From assembly GCF_004010195.1 (NCBI RefSeq), contig NC_057719.1, positions 52,381,529 to 52,443,380 of the forward strand: a stretch of 61,852 bases of DNA, read 5' to 3'. Under the pieces are notes generated by a model. The model searched no databases. It was not told the origin of the DNA and saw only the letters and a list, made by a program, of their open reading frames with translations. Both the position numbers and the translations under genes were made by a program. Source of the stretch: Chiloscyllium plagiosum. Taxonomy: Eukaryota. Positions 37,276-48,269 of the stretch are shown here, piece after piece (within the stretch, counting starts at the first letter, position 1; each line of letters starts with the position of its first letter).

Positions 37276-39650
37276 CATTTTCTGATGTCCAGATGAAAAA
37301 GGCTTTGCAAACCCACAAATCTAATGGACCAGTCATAGTAATTTAATTCATCAATCTTCTTCCAAGATGGCTACCATGCTATTTATTGGGAAACTTCCCA
37401 GCATGGAAAGAAGGATCAGCCTCCTTTTTACCCATTTTTTCTGTGCAACCTCCACTTTGCTACTCACTGCATAGCACTTAAAACGTTGTGCCACTCTATT
37501 TCTTCATTACAGACTTGTCTTCCTGCCTCCAGATTTATCTATTAACCACTGAGCTTAGCCAGGTATTTAGTTACAAAACCTTAAAGACTGAAATATACAT
37601 TAAGAATATGAGAAGCCCTTATAAAGGCTACTTACCTGTTTAAAAAACATTCAAATGTATCACTCACTTCTTGAAAGCGTGCTTTTACTAAACGATGAAT
37701 ACGTCTGTTGTGATCCTCCTGATCATTAACAACAACTGGTTCCAATTGGAAAATCTGAAGCATTTCATAAAGTTGGAAAGATTGGTGCTGAAATTTGTGC
37801 GATATGTAGGATTTGGCTTTGTAACAACATCACTATTAAAATTCAAATTTCACTCCCAACTAAAATTCTACTTGGATTTCCCTTAACTTGGAAATTACAG
37901 ACAGCCAATGTTTTTGCAGAGGAGAAAGTACAGTTGGTGCTGTGCCTTCCTGAATCCTCAAATGTATATCCGTTTTGGCAACAAAGGAGTAGAATTAATA
38001 ATAATCATCAAAATGCCTAAACAATGAATGCTCCTTCCCAACAACTGAAGTAGACATTATGGTGAAATATCTTGGCCTATTTTCGAGTCAGAATTCCAGG
38101 CTGGCTTGAAACTGAACTTTGATCTCATTAATATAGTACATGTCGAATGTTTATTTGTTTCCATCACTGGGAGTGATTTGTAAGTAAATTCTGGAGGGAA
38201 TACAGTGAATGTAGAACATAGAACATTACAGTGCAGTACAGGACCTTTGGCCCTCGATGTTAAGCCAACCTGTGGAACCAATCTGAAGCCCATCTAGCCC
38301 ACACTATTCCATTATCATCCATATGTTTATCTAATGACCATTTAAATGCCCTTAAAGCTGGCGAGTCTACTACAGTTGCAGGCAGGGCGTTCCACACCCT
38401 TACTACTCTCTGAGTAATGAGCCTACCTCTGACATCTGTCCTATATCTATCACCCCTCAAGTCCCCTTGTGCTTGCCACAACCATCTAAGGAAAAAGGCT
38501 CTCACTGTTCCCCCTACCTAATTCTCTCGTCATCTTGTATGTTTGTATTAAGTCACCTCTCAACCTTCTCTCTAATTAAAACAGCCTCAAGTCCGTCAGC
38601 TTTTCCTCATAAGACCTTCCCTCCATATCAGGCAACATTCTGGTAAATCTCCTCTGCACCCTTTCCAATGCTTCCACATTCTTCCTATAATGCAACACTC
38701 CAAGTGTATGCAATACTCCAAGTGCGGCCACACCAGAGTTTTGTACAGCTACCACATGACGTCATAGCTCTAAAATTCAATCCCTCTACCTATAAAAGCT
38801 AACACACAGTACACCTTCTTAACAACCCTATCAACCAGGGTGGCAACTTTCAGGGATCTATTTACATGGACACAGATCTTTCTACTCATCCACGCTACCA
38901 AGAATTTTAGCATTAACTCAGTACTCTGTATTCCTGTTATTCCTTCCAAAGTGAATCATCTCACACTTTTCCACATTAAGCTCCATTTGCCACCTCGCAG
39001 CCCAGCTCTGCAGCTTATCTATGTCCCTCTGTAACCTGCAACATCCTTCCACACTGCCCAGAACTTCACCTGACCTTCGTGTCATCTGCAAATTTACTAA
39101 CCCCTCCTTCTATGCCCTCATTCAGGTCATCTATAAAAATGACAAACAACAGTAGCCCCAAAACAGATCCTTGTGGTACACCACTAGCAACTGAACTCTC
39201 GGATAAACATTTCCCATCAACCACCACTCTGTCTTCTCACAACTAGCCAATCTCTGATCCAAAAGGCTAAATCACCCACAATCCTATGTTTTCATATTTT
39301 CTGTAATAGTCTACCAGGGAAACCTGATCAAACTCTTTACTAAAATCCATATACACCACATCGACAGCTTTACCCTCATCCACCTATTTGGTCACCTTCT
39401 CAAAGAACTCAATAAAGTTTGTGAGGCATGACCTACCCTTCACAAAACTGTGTGAGTATCTCTAATCAAATTATTCCTTGCTAGATGGTTATAAAATCTT
39501 ATCTCTGATAAGCCTTTCCAACATTTCATCAGAACTGAAGTTGGGCTCACTGGTCTATAATTACCAGAGCTGTCTCTACTCCCCTTCTTGTACAAGGGGA
39601 CAACATTTGCTATCTTCCAGTTGTCTGATACTATTCCTGTAGACAATGAT

Positions 39651-40303
39651 AGAACATAGAACAATACAACGCAGAACAGGCCCTTCGGCCGTTGATGTTG
39701 TGCTGACCTGTGAACTATTTTCAGCTCATCCCCCTACACTATCCCATCATCATCCATGTGCTTATCCAAGTTTTGTTTAAAACTCCCTAATGTGGTTGAG
39801 TTAACTACATTGGCAGGTAGGGCATTCCATGCCCTTACCACTCTGAGTAAAGAACCTGCCTCTGACATCTGTCATAAATTTATCACCCCTCAATTTGTTG
39901 TTATGCCCCCTTGTACAAGCTGACATCATCATTATCCTAGTAAAAAGACTTTCACTGTCTAACCTATCTAATCCTCTAATCATCTTGTATGTCTCTATCA
40001 AATCCCCTCTTAGCCTTCTTCTTTCCAATGAGAACAGACCCAAGTCTCTCAGCCTTTCCTCATAAGACCTTCCCTTCAGATCAGGAAACATGCTGGTAAA
40101 TCTCCTCTTCACCTTTTCCATTGCTTCTACATCCTTCCGGAAATATGGTGACCAGAACTGTATACAATATTCCAAGTGTGGCTGCACTAGTGTTTTGTAT
40201 AGTTGCAGCATGATATTGTGGCTCCAGAACTCAATCCCTCTACCAATGAAACCTAACACACCATATGCCTTCTTAATAGCACTATCAACCTGGGTGTCAA
40301 CGT
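39651..40303 (-). mobile_element. Second CR1 3' fragment nested in the first
   Basis: ORF 39801-40259 LYKTLVQPHLEYCIQFWSP; TSD AATGAT at 39645-39650 and 40304-40309. Confidence 0.9.
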
Positions 40304-40597
40304 AATGATCAAAGCCAAAGGCTCTGCATCTCCTCCCTGGCTTTCAAGAGAATCCTAGGATAATCCCTTCTGACCTAGGGGATTTATCTATTTTCATACT
40401 TTCCAGAATTGCTAACACCTCCTCCTTATGAACCTCAATCCATCTTGTCTAATAGAGTGGATCTCAGTATTCTCCATGACAACATTGTCTTTTTCCTGTG
40501 TGAATGCTGACAAAAAATAATCATTTAGCACCTCTCCTATCTCCTCAGACTCCATGTGCAACTGCCCACTACTGTCCTTGACTAGTCCTAATCATCC

Positions 40598-40684
40598 TAG
40601 GATGCTGCCTGACCTGTGTGCTTTTCCAGCACCACTCTAATCTTGACTCTGATTTCCAGCATCTGCAGTCCTCACTTTCGTCTA
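40598..40684 (+). mobile_element. Family-A PLE pLTR 3' fragment nested in the CR1
   Basis: GGATGCTGCCTGACCTGTGTGCTTTTCCAGCACCAC...CCAGCATCTGCAGTCCTCACTTTCGTCTA. Confidence 0.85.
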
Positions 40685-41767
40685 AACATTCCCTAGTCAT
40701 TCTTTTATTCCTGATATAGCTACAGAAAGATTTAGGGTTTTCCTTGATCCTACCTGCCAAAGACTTCTCAGGTCCTCTCCTGGCTCTTCTTAGCTCTCTC
40801 TTTATGTCCTTCCTGGCTAACTTGTAACTCTCATGCACCCTAACTAAGCCTTCATGTCTCATGTTTACATAAACCTCCTTCTTTGCTTGACAAGAGATTC
40901 AACCTCTTTAGTAAACCACGGTTCCCTCACTCGACCGCTACCTCCCAGCCTGACAGGTGCATAATTATCAAGGACAAGCAGTAGCCGTTCCTTGAACAAG
41001 ATCAAATTTTCAATTGTGCCCATTCACTGCAGTTTCCTTCCCCATCCTAGGCAACCCCTAAATCTTACCTAATTGCATTATAATTGCCTTTCGCCCAGTT
41101 ATAACTCTTGCCCTGCGGTATATACCTATCCCTTTCCATCGCTAAAGTAAACGTTACCGAATTGTGGTTACTATCACCAAAGTGCTCACCTACCTCCAAA
41201 TCTAACACCTGGCCTGGTTCATTATCCAGCAGCAAATCCAATGTGGCCTCGCCTCTTGTTGGCCTGTCTACATACAGTATCAGGAAACCCTCCTGCACAC
41301 ATTGCACAAAACCTGACCCATCTAAAGTACTCGAACTATAGCGTTTCTAGTCAATATTTGGAAAGTTAAAGTCCCCCATAACAACCATGATGTTACTTTC
41401 ACTCCTATCCAGAATCATCTGCTATCCTTTCCTCTACATCTCTGGAACTTTTTGGAAGCCTTTGGAAAACTCCCAACAGGGTGACCTCTCCTTTTCTGTT
41501 TCTAACCTCAGCCCTCATCAAAATCCTTTCTGCCCCTGTAATACTGTCCGTGACTAACAATGCCACACCTCCCCCTGTTTTGCCACCTTCCCTGTTCTTA
41601 CTGAAACATCTAAATCCTGGATCCTGCAACAACCAATCCTGTTCCTGCTCGATTCATGTCTCCAAAATGACTACAACATCGAAGCCCCAGGTACCAACCC
41701 ATGCTACAAGTTCACCCACCTTATTCTGGATGCTCCTGGAGTTGAAGTAGACACACTTCAAGCCATC

Positions 41768-42353
41768 AAGGTAAAAACAATGACTGCAGATGCTGGAAAC
41801 CAGATTCTGGATCAATGGTGCTGGAAGAGCACAGCAGTTCAGGCAGCATCCGAGGAGCTTCAGCAAAATCGACATTTCGGGCAAAAGCCCTTCATCAGGN
41901 NNNNNNNNNNNNNNNNNNNNNNNNNNNNNNNNNNNNNNNNNNNNNNNNNNNNNNNNNNNNNNNNNNNNNNNNNNNNNTTCTTCCTCCAGGTGTCTGGTGG
42001 TGAGGGAGCGGCGGTGAAGGAGGCCCAGGACCTCCATGTCCTTGGCAGAGTGGGAGGGGGAGTTGAAATGTTGGGCCACGGGGCGGTTTGGTTGATTGGT
42101 GTGGGTGTCTCGGAGATGTTCCCTAAAGCGCTCTGCTAGGAGGAGCCCAGTCTCCCCAATGTAGAGGAGACCGCATCGGGAGCAACGGATACACTAAATG
42201 ATATTAGTGGATGTGCAGGTAAAATTTGGATGGATATGGAAGGCTCCTTTAGGGCCTTGGATAGAGGTGAGGGAGGAGGTGTGGGCACAGGTTTTACAGT
42301 TCCTGCGGTGGCAGGGGAAAGTCCTTGGATAGAGGTGAGGGAGGAGGTGTGGG
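41768..42353 (-). mobile_element. 5'-truncated Penelope-like element: GIY-YIG endonuclease C-terminus plus pLTR with hammerhead
   Basis: TFPCHRRNCKTCAH...FTCTSTNII*CIRCSRCGLLYIGETGLLLAERFREHL...VAQHFNSPSHS; 14-bp TSD CACTTCAAGCCATC at 41754-41767 and 42354-42367. Confidence 0.92.
41900..41977. other. Assembly gap (78 N)
   Basis: Run of n characters. Confidence 1.
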
Positions 42354-43301
42354 CACTTCAAGCCATCTACCTGCCTGCCAATGCACTCTTGCAATCTTGA
42401 AACCTTATTCATGACCTCACTATTCTCAACCTCCTGTACACTGGAGCTATAATTCAGGTTCCTATCCCCCTACTAAATTAGTTTAAACCTTCTTGAAGAG
42501 TATTAGCTATTCCCCCCCCAGCATATTGGTACCCCTCTGGTTCAGGTGTAGACCATTGTGTTTGGAGAGGTCCCACCTATCTCAGAATGAGGCCTAATTA
42601 TCCAGTTATCTGAATCCCTCCCTCCTGCACCATCTCTGTAGCCATGTGTTCAACTGCTCTCTCTCCCTATTCCTCACTTCACTAGTACATGGCATGGGTA
42701 ACAAACCAGAGATAACAACTCTGTTTGTTCTAGATCTGAGCTTCCACTCCAGCTCCTTGAATTTCTGCCTTACATCCCCATCCCTTTTCCTACCTATGTC
42801 ATTGATGCCTATGTGGACCATGACTTGGGGCTGCTCCCCCTCCCCCTTAAGGATCCTGACTATGAATTGGAGGCAGCACTCTTGCTCCATGTGTTTTCAT
42901 TGAAAGTGTTGGGGTTGCCCATGGCTGAATCAGGATAAAATGGCTGAAAATGGTTCTCTGTTGATATAAAATGACTGGGGAAGACTTTTAGTGAAACAGC
43001 AGTGTGCGCTATTTCAAGTCAAAGTATAAGCTAAAGTAATTAATACCTTCATAGAGGGTTTATATCCAAGAAAAACAAATAAAGATAACACACAAAGGGT
43101 CTTGTGATGTAGATGCTTGTATAGAGAACCATAATGAAGCTACCTATAGTAACATATTGTGTAATGTTATAAAGTCATAGCTGTGTATTGAATTCTACAG
43201 CAGAATAATATAACAATGTGAAACCATCTATCAAATATGGAAATGGAGTTTTAAACATGCAGCCATTTTGGGATTTAACTGTATTCCTATTAAAGTTCAG
43301 T

Positions 43302-43375
43302 GCTGAAAATGTGTTGCTGGAAAAGCACAGCAGGTCAGGCAGCATCCAAGGAACAGGAGAATCAACGTTTCGGGC
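43302..43375 (-). mobile_element. Family-A PLE pLTR fragment with a 10-bp TSD
   Basis: GCTGGAAAAGCACAGCAGGTCAGGCAGCATCC...AACGTTTCGGGC; AAAGTTCAGT at 43292-43301 and 43376-43385. Confidence 0.8.
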
Positions 43376-44079
43376 AAAGTTCAGTCTAAGGTGGATTTAA
43401 TTGTGTTCCAGTTAAAGTTCAGTCTAAGGTGGATTGAAGATCCCCTTTCTTATCATAAAGGATGTGCTGTTTGGAATGTGATAGGAAAAGATTTATTGTG
43501 AATTGATAAAGGATCCTGATAAACATCATAAGAATATGAGTTGGTCCAGAGCTGCCCATGAGCTGCTCACACAATCACATGATTAATCTGATTGATTGCA
43601 TACACATCCAATCAACAATCCAATTGGCGTGTAATAGCCAAGGCAGGCTAGAAGTAAATGTATAAAAAGTGTAAGCTTCGGTGGAGAAGTCCCTGGAATG
43701 CTCAGGTGTGTTACTCCCACTTGTTGTAAAACCATTAACTCTTTGGTGCTAAAAATGGATCTGGGTGTTGAGTGATTCATTTAGTCATTTTGCCCCAACA
43801 GGAATGTTTATTTTGAAATATGAATTGAAAAAAACAAGCTTTTTGTTGGCAGCTGTTCAAATATTCAGAGCAGATCAAGTCTGCTCAAATCACAGAAACA
43901 ATTTTTATTTTAAAATTCACTTTTTCAGCAGCCATTAAGCTTAACTTAAAGTGTAAAAGAATTAAAATCTGTTTGAAGGGGCTGCCTTCACCAATATGGC
44001 AATACTCAGGTTCAGTGAGGTGCATGGCTTTCCTCACCTGCATAACAGTGCCGTGATTCTGTCTGTGGTGGAAAATGGA

Positions 44080-44920
44080 TATTTTTGGAGCGGAGGTAAA
44101 TTTGGAATGGTATTTGTAGTGGAGCTGCAGGCCATTTTTGGGGAGTTGGTGAAGATCATGGTTGGTCAGAGATCATAGTCTATGTTGGCACCAATGACGT
44201 AGAAAAGTAGAATTTACAGAACTAGGCAAGAAACTGAAAATCTCTAAGGCAATAGTCTCATGTTAGCTCCAGTATTATGCACTTGTGTGTATAGAAATTG
44301 GAAGAATGAGTGAATGAACACGCACCAGAAAAAATGGTGCAGGAGGGAAAGGTCTTTAGATTTGCGGGATAATTGGGACAAGATGTAGAGCAGGCAGGAC
44401 CTGTATAGGGAGGATGGGTTACACCTTAGCTGGTCTAACGTTGCTGTCCTCCTGTCGAGATTTGTTAGTGCAGTTAGGGTGGATATTAACCCCCAATAAG
44501 GAGTTTGAGAACCTGAGAGGGGATTCTGATCAAATTAAAACAAGACGGATGATGAAAAGTAGAAAAGCTGTAATTGAAAGTGGAAAGTAGCAGAAACAAA
44601 TCCTACAATCACCCAGGATAAATTATAGTGTTAAAAGGGTTGAATTAAAAACTCTGTCTGAATGCACACCGTGTTCACATCAGGATAGGTGAATTGATGG
44701 GACCAGTTGAAGTAAAAGATTATGATTTAATTGCCATGGCAGAGAGGTGGCTTCAGGTGACTGACTGGGAACTGAATATTGAAGAATATTCAATATTTAG
44801 GACAGACAGGCATAAAGAAAATAAACGATGAGGCAATGTACTGCTTATAATAAAGTGATGGGAACAATGTGCCTGTGAAAGAGGATCTCTGATCAAAATA
44901 GCAGGATCTAGAATCGGTTT
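44080..44920 (+). mobile_element. Old CR1 5' part (ORF1 esterase and endonuclease start); probably continues at about 47250-47960
   Basis: ATAGTCTATGTTGGCACCAATGAC (IVYVGTND), CTGTATAGGGAGGATGGGTTACACCTT (LYREDGLHL), CTGAATGCA and GATTATGATTTAATTGCC (endonuclease). Confidence 0.75.
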
Positions 44921-44924
44921 TAAC

Positions 44925-45320
44925 ACAGCATCCTGCTCGCATGCTCACTTGTCTGTTCTCAGCATGCTGCAATGCTCCAGTGAATCACAGTACAAACTGG
45001 AGGAACAACATCTTCAGACTAGACACTTTACAATCTTCTGGAATTAATATTGAGTTCAACACCTTCAAATTGTGAACCCACTCCCATTCCTTGCCTTTCC
45101 TTTGGCTTTACTTGTTACATTCTCTGTCACCATGTCCTGTCCTCCCTTGAACGACTTCAATGGGACAATCTGTTCTTCTGTGTTTGACAGTTAGACACAC
45201 CATTGTTCTGCCACTCTCAAATTCTGATTACTTCATCTGCTGTATCTGCAGACTCTCTGTTCCCATCCCTCAACTATTACATAATTGCTGTCCCCTCCCC
45301 ACTTCTGATGAAGATCCCAA
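44925..45320 (+). mobile_element. Decayed Penelope-like 3' fragment
   Basis: CAAACTGGAGGAACAACATC (KLEEQH) and AATATTGAGTTCAACACCTTC (NIEFNTF) match the PLE C-terminus seen at 49270-49400; ends CTTCTGATGAAG. Confidence 0.7.
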
Positions 45321-45377
45321 AGAAAGAAAGAAAGTTTAACCGGGGAGGGGGGGAGGGGAGGTGGTTTGGCCAGGAAT

Positions 45378-46590
45378 TTTTTGGCAACCATGGCTGATAA
45401 ATGAAGTCAGGAAATGTATCACAGAAAGAGAGAGGGTCTATGAAGTGACCAAGAAGACTGGGAAATCAGAAGATTGTCAAAAATACAAAAGCAAACAGAG
45501 AATAACAAAGAGAGAAATTAGGAAGGAGAGGATCAAATATGAAGGTAAGCTAGCCAGTAATATTAGAAATGATAGTAAAAGGTTCTTTCAATACAGAAGA
45601 AACAAACAAGAGGCAAAAGTAGAGATTGGGCCGTTCCAATCCAGGATGGCTAGTGATGGGAAATAAGGAAATAGCTGAAGAACTTAATAAATACCTTGTG
45701 TCAGTCTTCACAGTGGAAGATATGAGTAATATCCCAACAATTAAAGAGAGTCAAGGGGCAGAATGAGTAAGGTGACCATTACAAAGAAGAAAGTACTTGA
45801 TAAGCTAAAGGCTGCTGAGTAAGTGTTCAAGGTGAGCTACTGGCATGGATTGAGGATTGGTTGTTCTTTTTCAGAATAGCAGCTGGTGACACATAGTGTC
45901 CCACAGGGATCAGTGTTGGGCCGCAGCTGTTCACTTTACATATAAATGATCTGGATGAAGAGACTGGGGCATTCTTGCAAAGTTCGCCGATGATACAAAG
46001 TTAGGTGGACAGGCAGGTAGTTCTGAGGAGGTGGAGAGGCTACAGAAAGATTTAGACAGTTTAGGAGGATGGTCCAAGAAATGGCTGATGAAATCCAATA
46101 TGAGCAAATGTGAGGTCTTGCACTTTGGAAAAAAGAACACGGGCATGGACTATTTTATTGACGGTGAGAAAATTCATAAAGCCAAAGTACAAAGGAATCT
46201 GGGAGTGTTGGAGAGGATTCTCTAAAGGTTGACTTGCAGGTTGAGTCCATGGTTAAAAAAGCAAATGTATTGTTGTCATTTCTTTCAAGAGGGTTGGAAT
46301 GTAAAAGCAGTGATGTGCTACTGAGACTTTATAAAGCTCTGGTTAGCCCCATTTAGAATACTGTATCCAGTTTTGGGCCTCACACCTCAGAAAGGACATA
46401 CTGGCACCAGAGCGTGTCCAGTGGAGATTCACACGGATGATCCCTGGAATGTAGGCCTAACATACAATGAATGGCTGAGGATCCTGGGATTATATTTGTT
46501 AGAGTTTAGAAGGTTGAGGGAAGATCTAATAGAAACTTATAAGATAATCCATGGCTTAGAAAGGGTGGACGCTGGGAAATTGTTTCCGTC
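45378..46590 (+). mobile_element. CR1 ORF2 RT region with internal deletions (same subfamily as 5161-5843)
   Basis: QPWLINEVRKCI...; GTCCCACAGGGATCAGTGTTGGG (VPQGSVLG); AAGTTCGCCGATGATACAAAG (KFADDTK). Confidence 0.92.
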
Positions 46591-47087
46591 AGGCTCCAAC
46601 TGTGGCTCCATTGCCAGATCAGGCCAGTGCTGCCGTCTTACCAAGAGTCCCACTCTGGCTGGCCTCCTCTAAGATGTTGCCTTGACGGCACAGCCATCTT
46701 GAAAAATCCACTGCTGTCTCCAATCGCTGGAGGAGCTTTGCTGCTGCTACCACTGCCAGCTCCAAAGACTGGGAGAACATTCCCACTGCCGTTGCTGCCA
46801 TCATCTCCAGTCATCATGAGGAGTCATATCTGCTGCTGACTCCGACTGCCAGAAGGAGCTATTCCATGCATTGCCCATTCTAGCTGCACCGTCAGTCTCA
46901 CTGACTAACCCACCACTAAAAGCTCCAAAGAAAAAGAAAAAAAAATTATAAAGAATGAATGTTCAAAATACAAAAGTTTCTTTAAAGATAAAACTGTCCA
47001 GGAGGAAAAACAAACAGCAATGGCTAGAAAGGGTTAGAATTCAGTTAAGAAGTACGTAGAAATTGAATAAGAAAAACAAAATGGATT

Positions 47088-47240
47088 ATGGATGTAAGTT
47101 TGCTCGCTGAGCTGGAACGTTCATTTTCAGGCGTTTTATCACCGTACTAGGTAACCTAAACACATAAATAGAAGGTGCGTCACTAACACCAGTGCTTCAC
47201 TGGAGGCTCACTAATGATGTTACCTAGTATGGTGCTAAAG
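47088..47240. mobile_element. PLE-type repeat (family D), inverted arrangement with a decayed hammerhead
   Basis: CACCGTACTAGGTAAC (about 47140-47156) is inverted relative to GTTACCTAGTATGGTG (about 47219-47234), which is preceded by CTCACTAATGAT (CTGATGA variant). Confidence 0.55.
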
Positions 47241-47964
47241 GTTTGTGTAAAAGGAACATATATTTAGGTCTATTCCAGGAAGAGACAGGAAAATTACTGT
47301 AGGAAATCAGGAAATGCAGAGAAACTATATGTGTAGTGTGTGTCTTCACAGAGGAAGAAACAAGTCTTCCTAAAATAATTGAATTTCAAGGGTCTATTGA
47401 GAGTGTGGGACTGACAAATATTAGCAGCAGTTAAAAATGGAGTATAGGTAAAAATAATGGGACCAAAAGCTGATAATTTTCAAGACCAGTTTACTTTCAC
47501 GCCGAAATGTTGAAAGTGATGATAACACGTATACTGATGAATTGTGATCATCTTCCAAAATTCTATTAATTTTGTTAGAGTGCCTGCTGATTGGATATTT
47601 GGTAAATGTCCATCCACTTTTTAAGAAAGGAGGGTGAAAGTAAATGGAATACAGGCCTGTTACACTGAATTTAATAGTAGGGAAAATATCAATATCTGTT
47701 ATAAAGGATCTCATTTTATATATATATTTAGGATATAATTTTCTGATAGGCAGAGTCAACATGGATTTGTGAAGGGGGAATTATGGTTGCTTGATTAATC
47801 TTTTTAAGGGTGTTACTAGCATAGTCCATAAGGAGGAACCAATGGTTTTTCAGAAGATAAAATCCCACTCAAGAGCCTTGGTACAAACATTCAAACACAT
47901 GGGAGTGATGGCAATATATTAGCATGGATTGAGAACTAGTTAACATGTAGTAAGCAGGAATAAA

Positions 47965-48252
47965 AATCCATAAGACCTCAGCACATATGAGTTGAGATTG
48001 TTACTGACTAGGACTTCACATGAATGTGGTACAGTTTTGTAAAAAGTATCATATATGTTAGATTGTGGGAAAACTGCAACCTGGAATGCAAGTCACCATT
48101 AATTCCCATATCAGATTATGAGGAACCAGGTACTTGGGTGTCAGTAAACTGTGTGGACCCTTTTCTGAAAATAAGCACTGGTCTCCAGTGCATCATTACT
48201 ATTATGTATATATTTAATATTTTTCAGGAAGTTCTAAATAGGCAGGGTGTAA
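47965..48252 (+). mobile_element. Gypsy integrase fragment, paralogous to 53965-54243
   Basis: SPLIPISDYEEPGTWVSVNCVDPFLKISTGLQCIITIM resembles the Gypsy integrase APLxPIP..EPFxxVxVDxVGP motif; DNA-level similarity to 53965-54243. Confidence 0.75.
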
Positions 48253-48269
48253 CACAATTACCATTTTCA

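Larger units (their letters stand above)
38210..42860 (-). mobile_element. Near full-length decayed CR1/HER1 LINE (ORF1 esterase, EN, RT, 3' tail) with three nested insertions
   Basis: ORF1 QPQVMVHIGINDIG...VVISGLLP...LNTWLQRWCRREGFR; EN CVYFNSRSIQNKVGEL...ET, VDRPTRGEATLDL, VGEHFGDSNH; RT GNYRPVSPTSV; (CTATGTT)n tail. Confidence 0.95.

Noticed and set aside
595..43435. CRISPR-like array from recurring short repeats
   Set aside because: The repeats are dispersed PLE/SINE fragments in vertebrate DNA, with no regular repeat-spacer periodicity and no cas genes.
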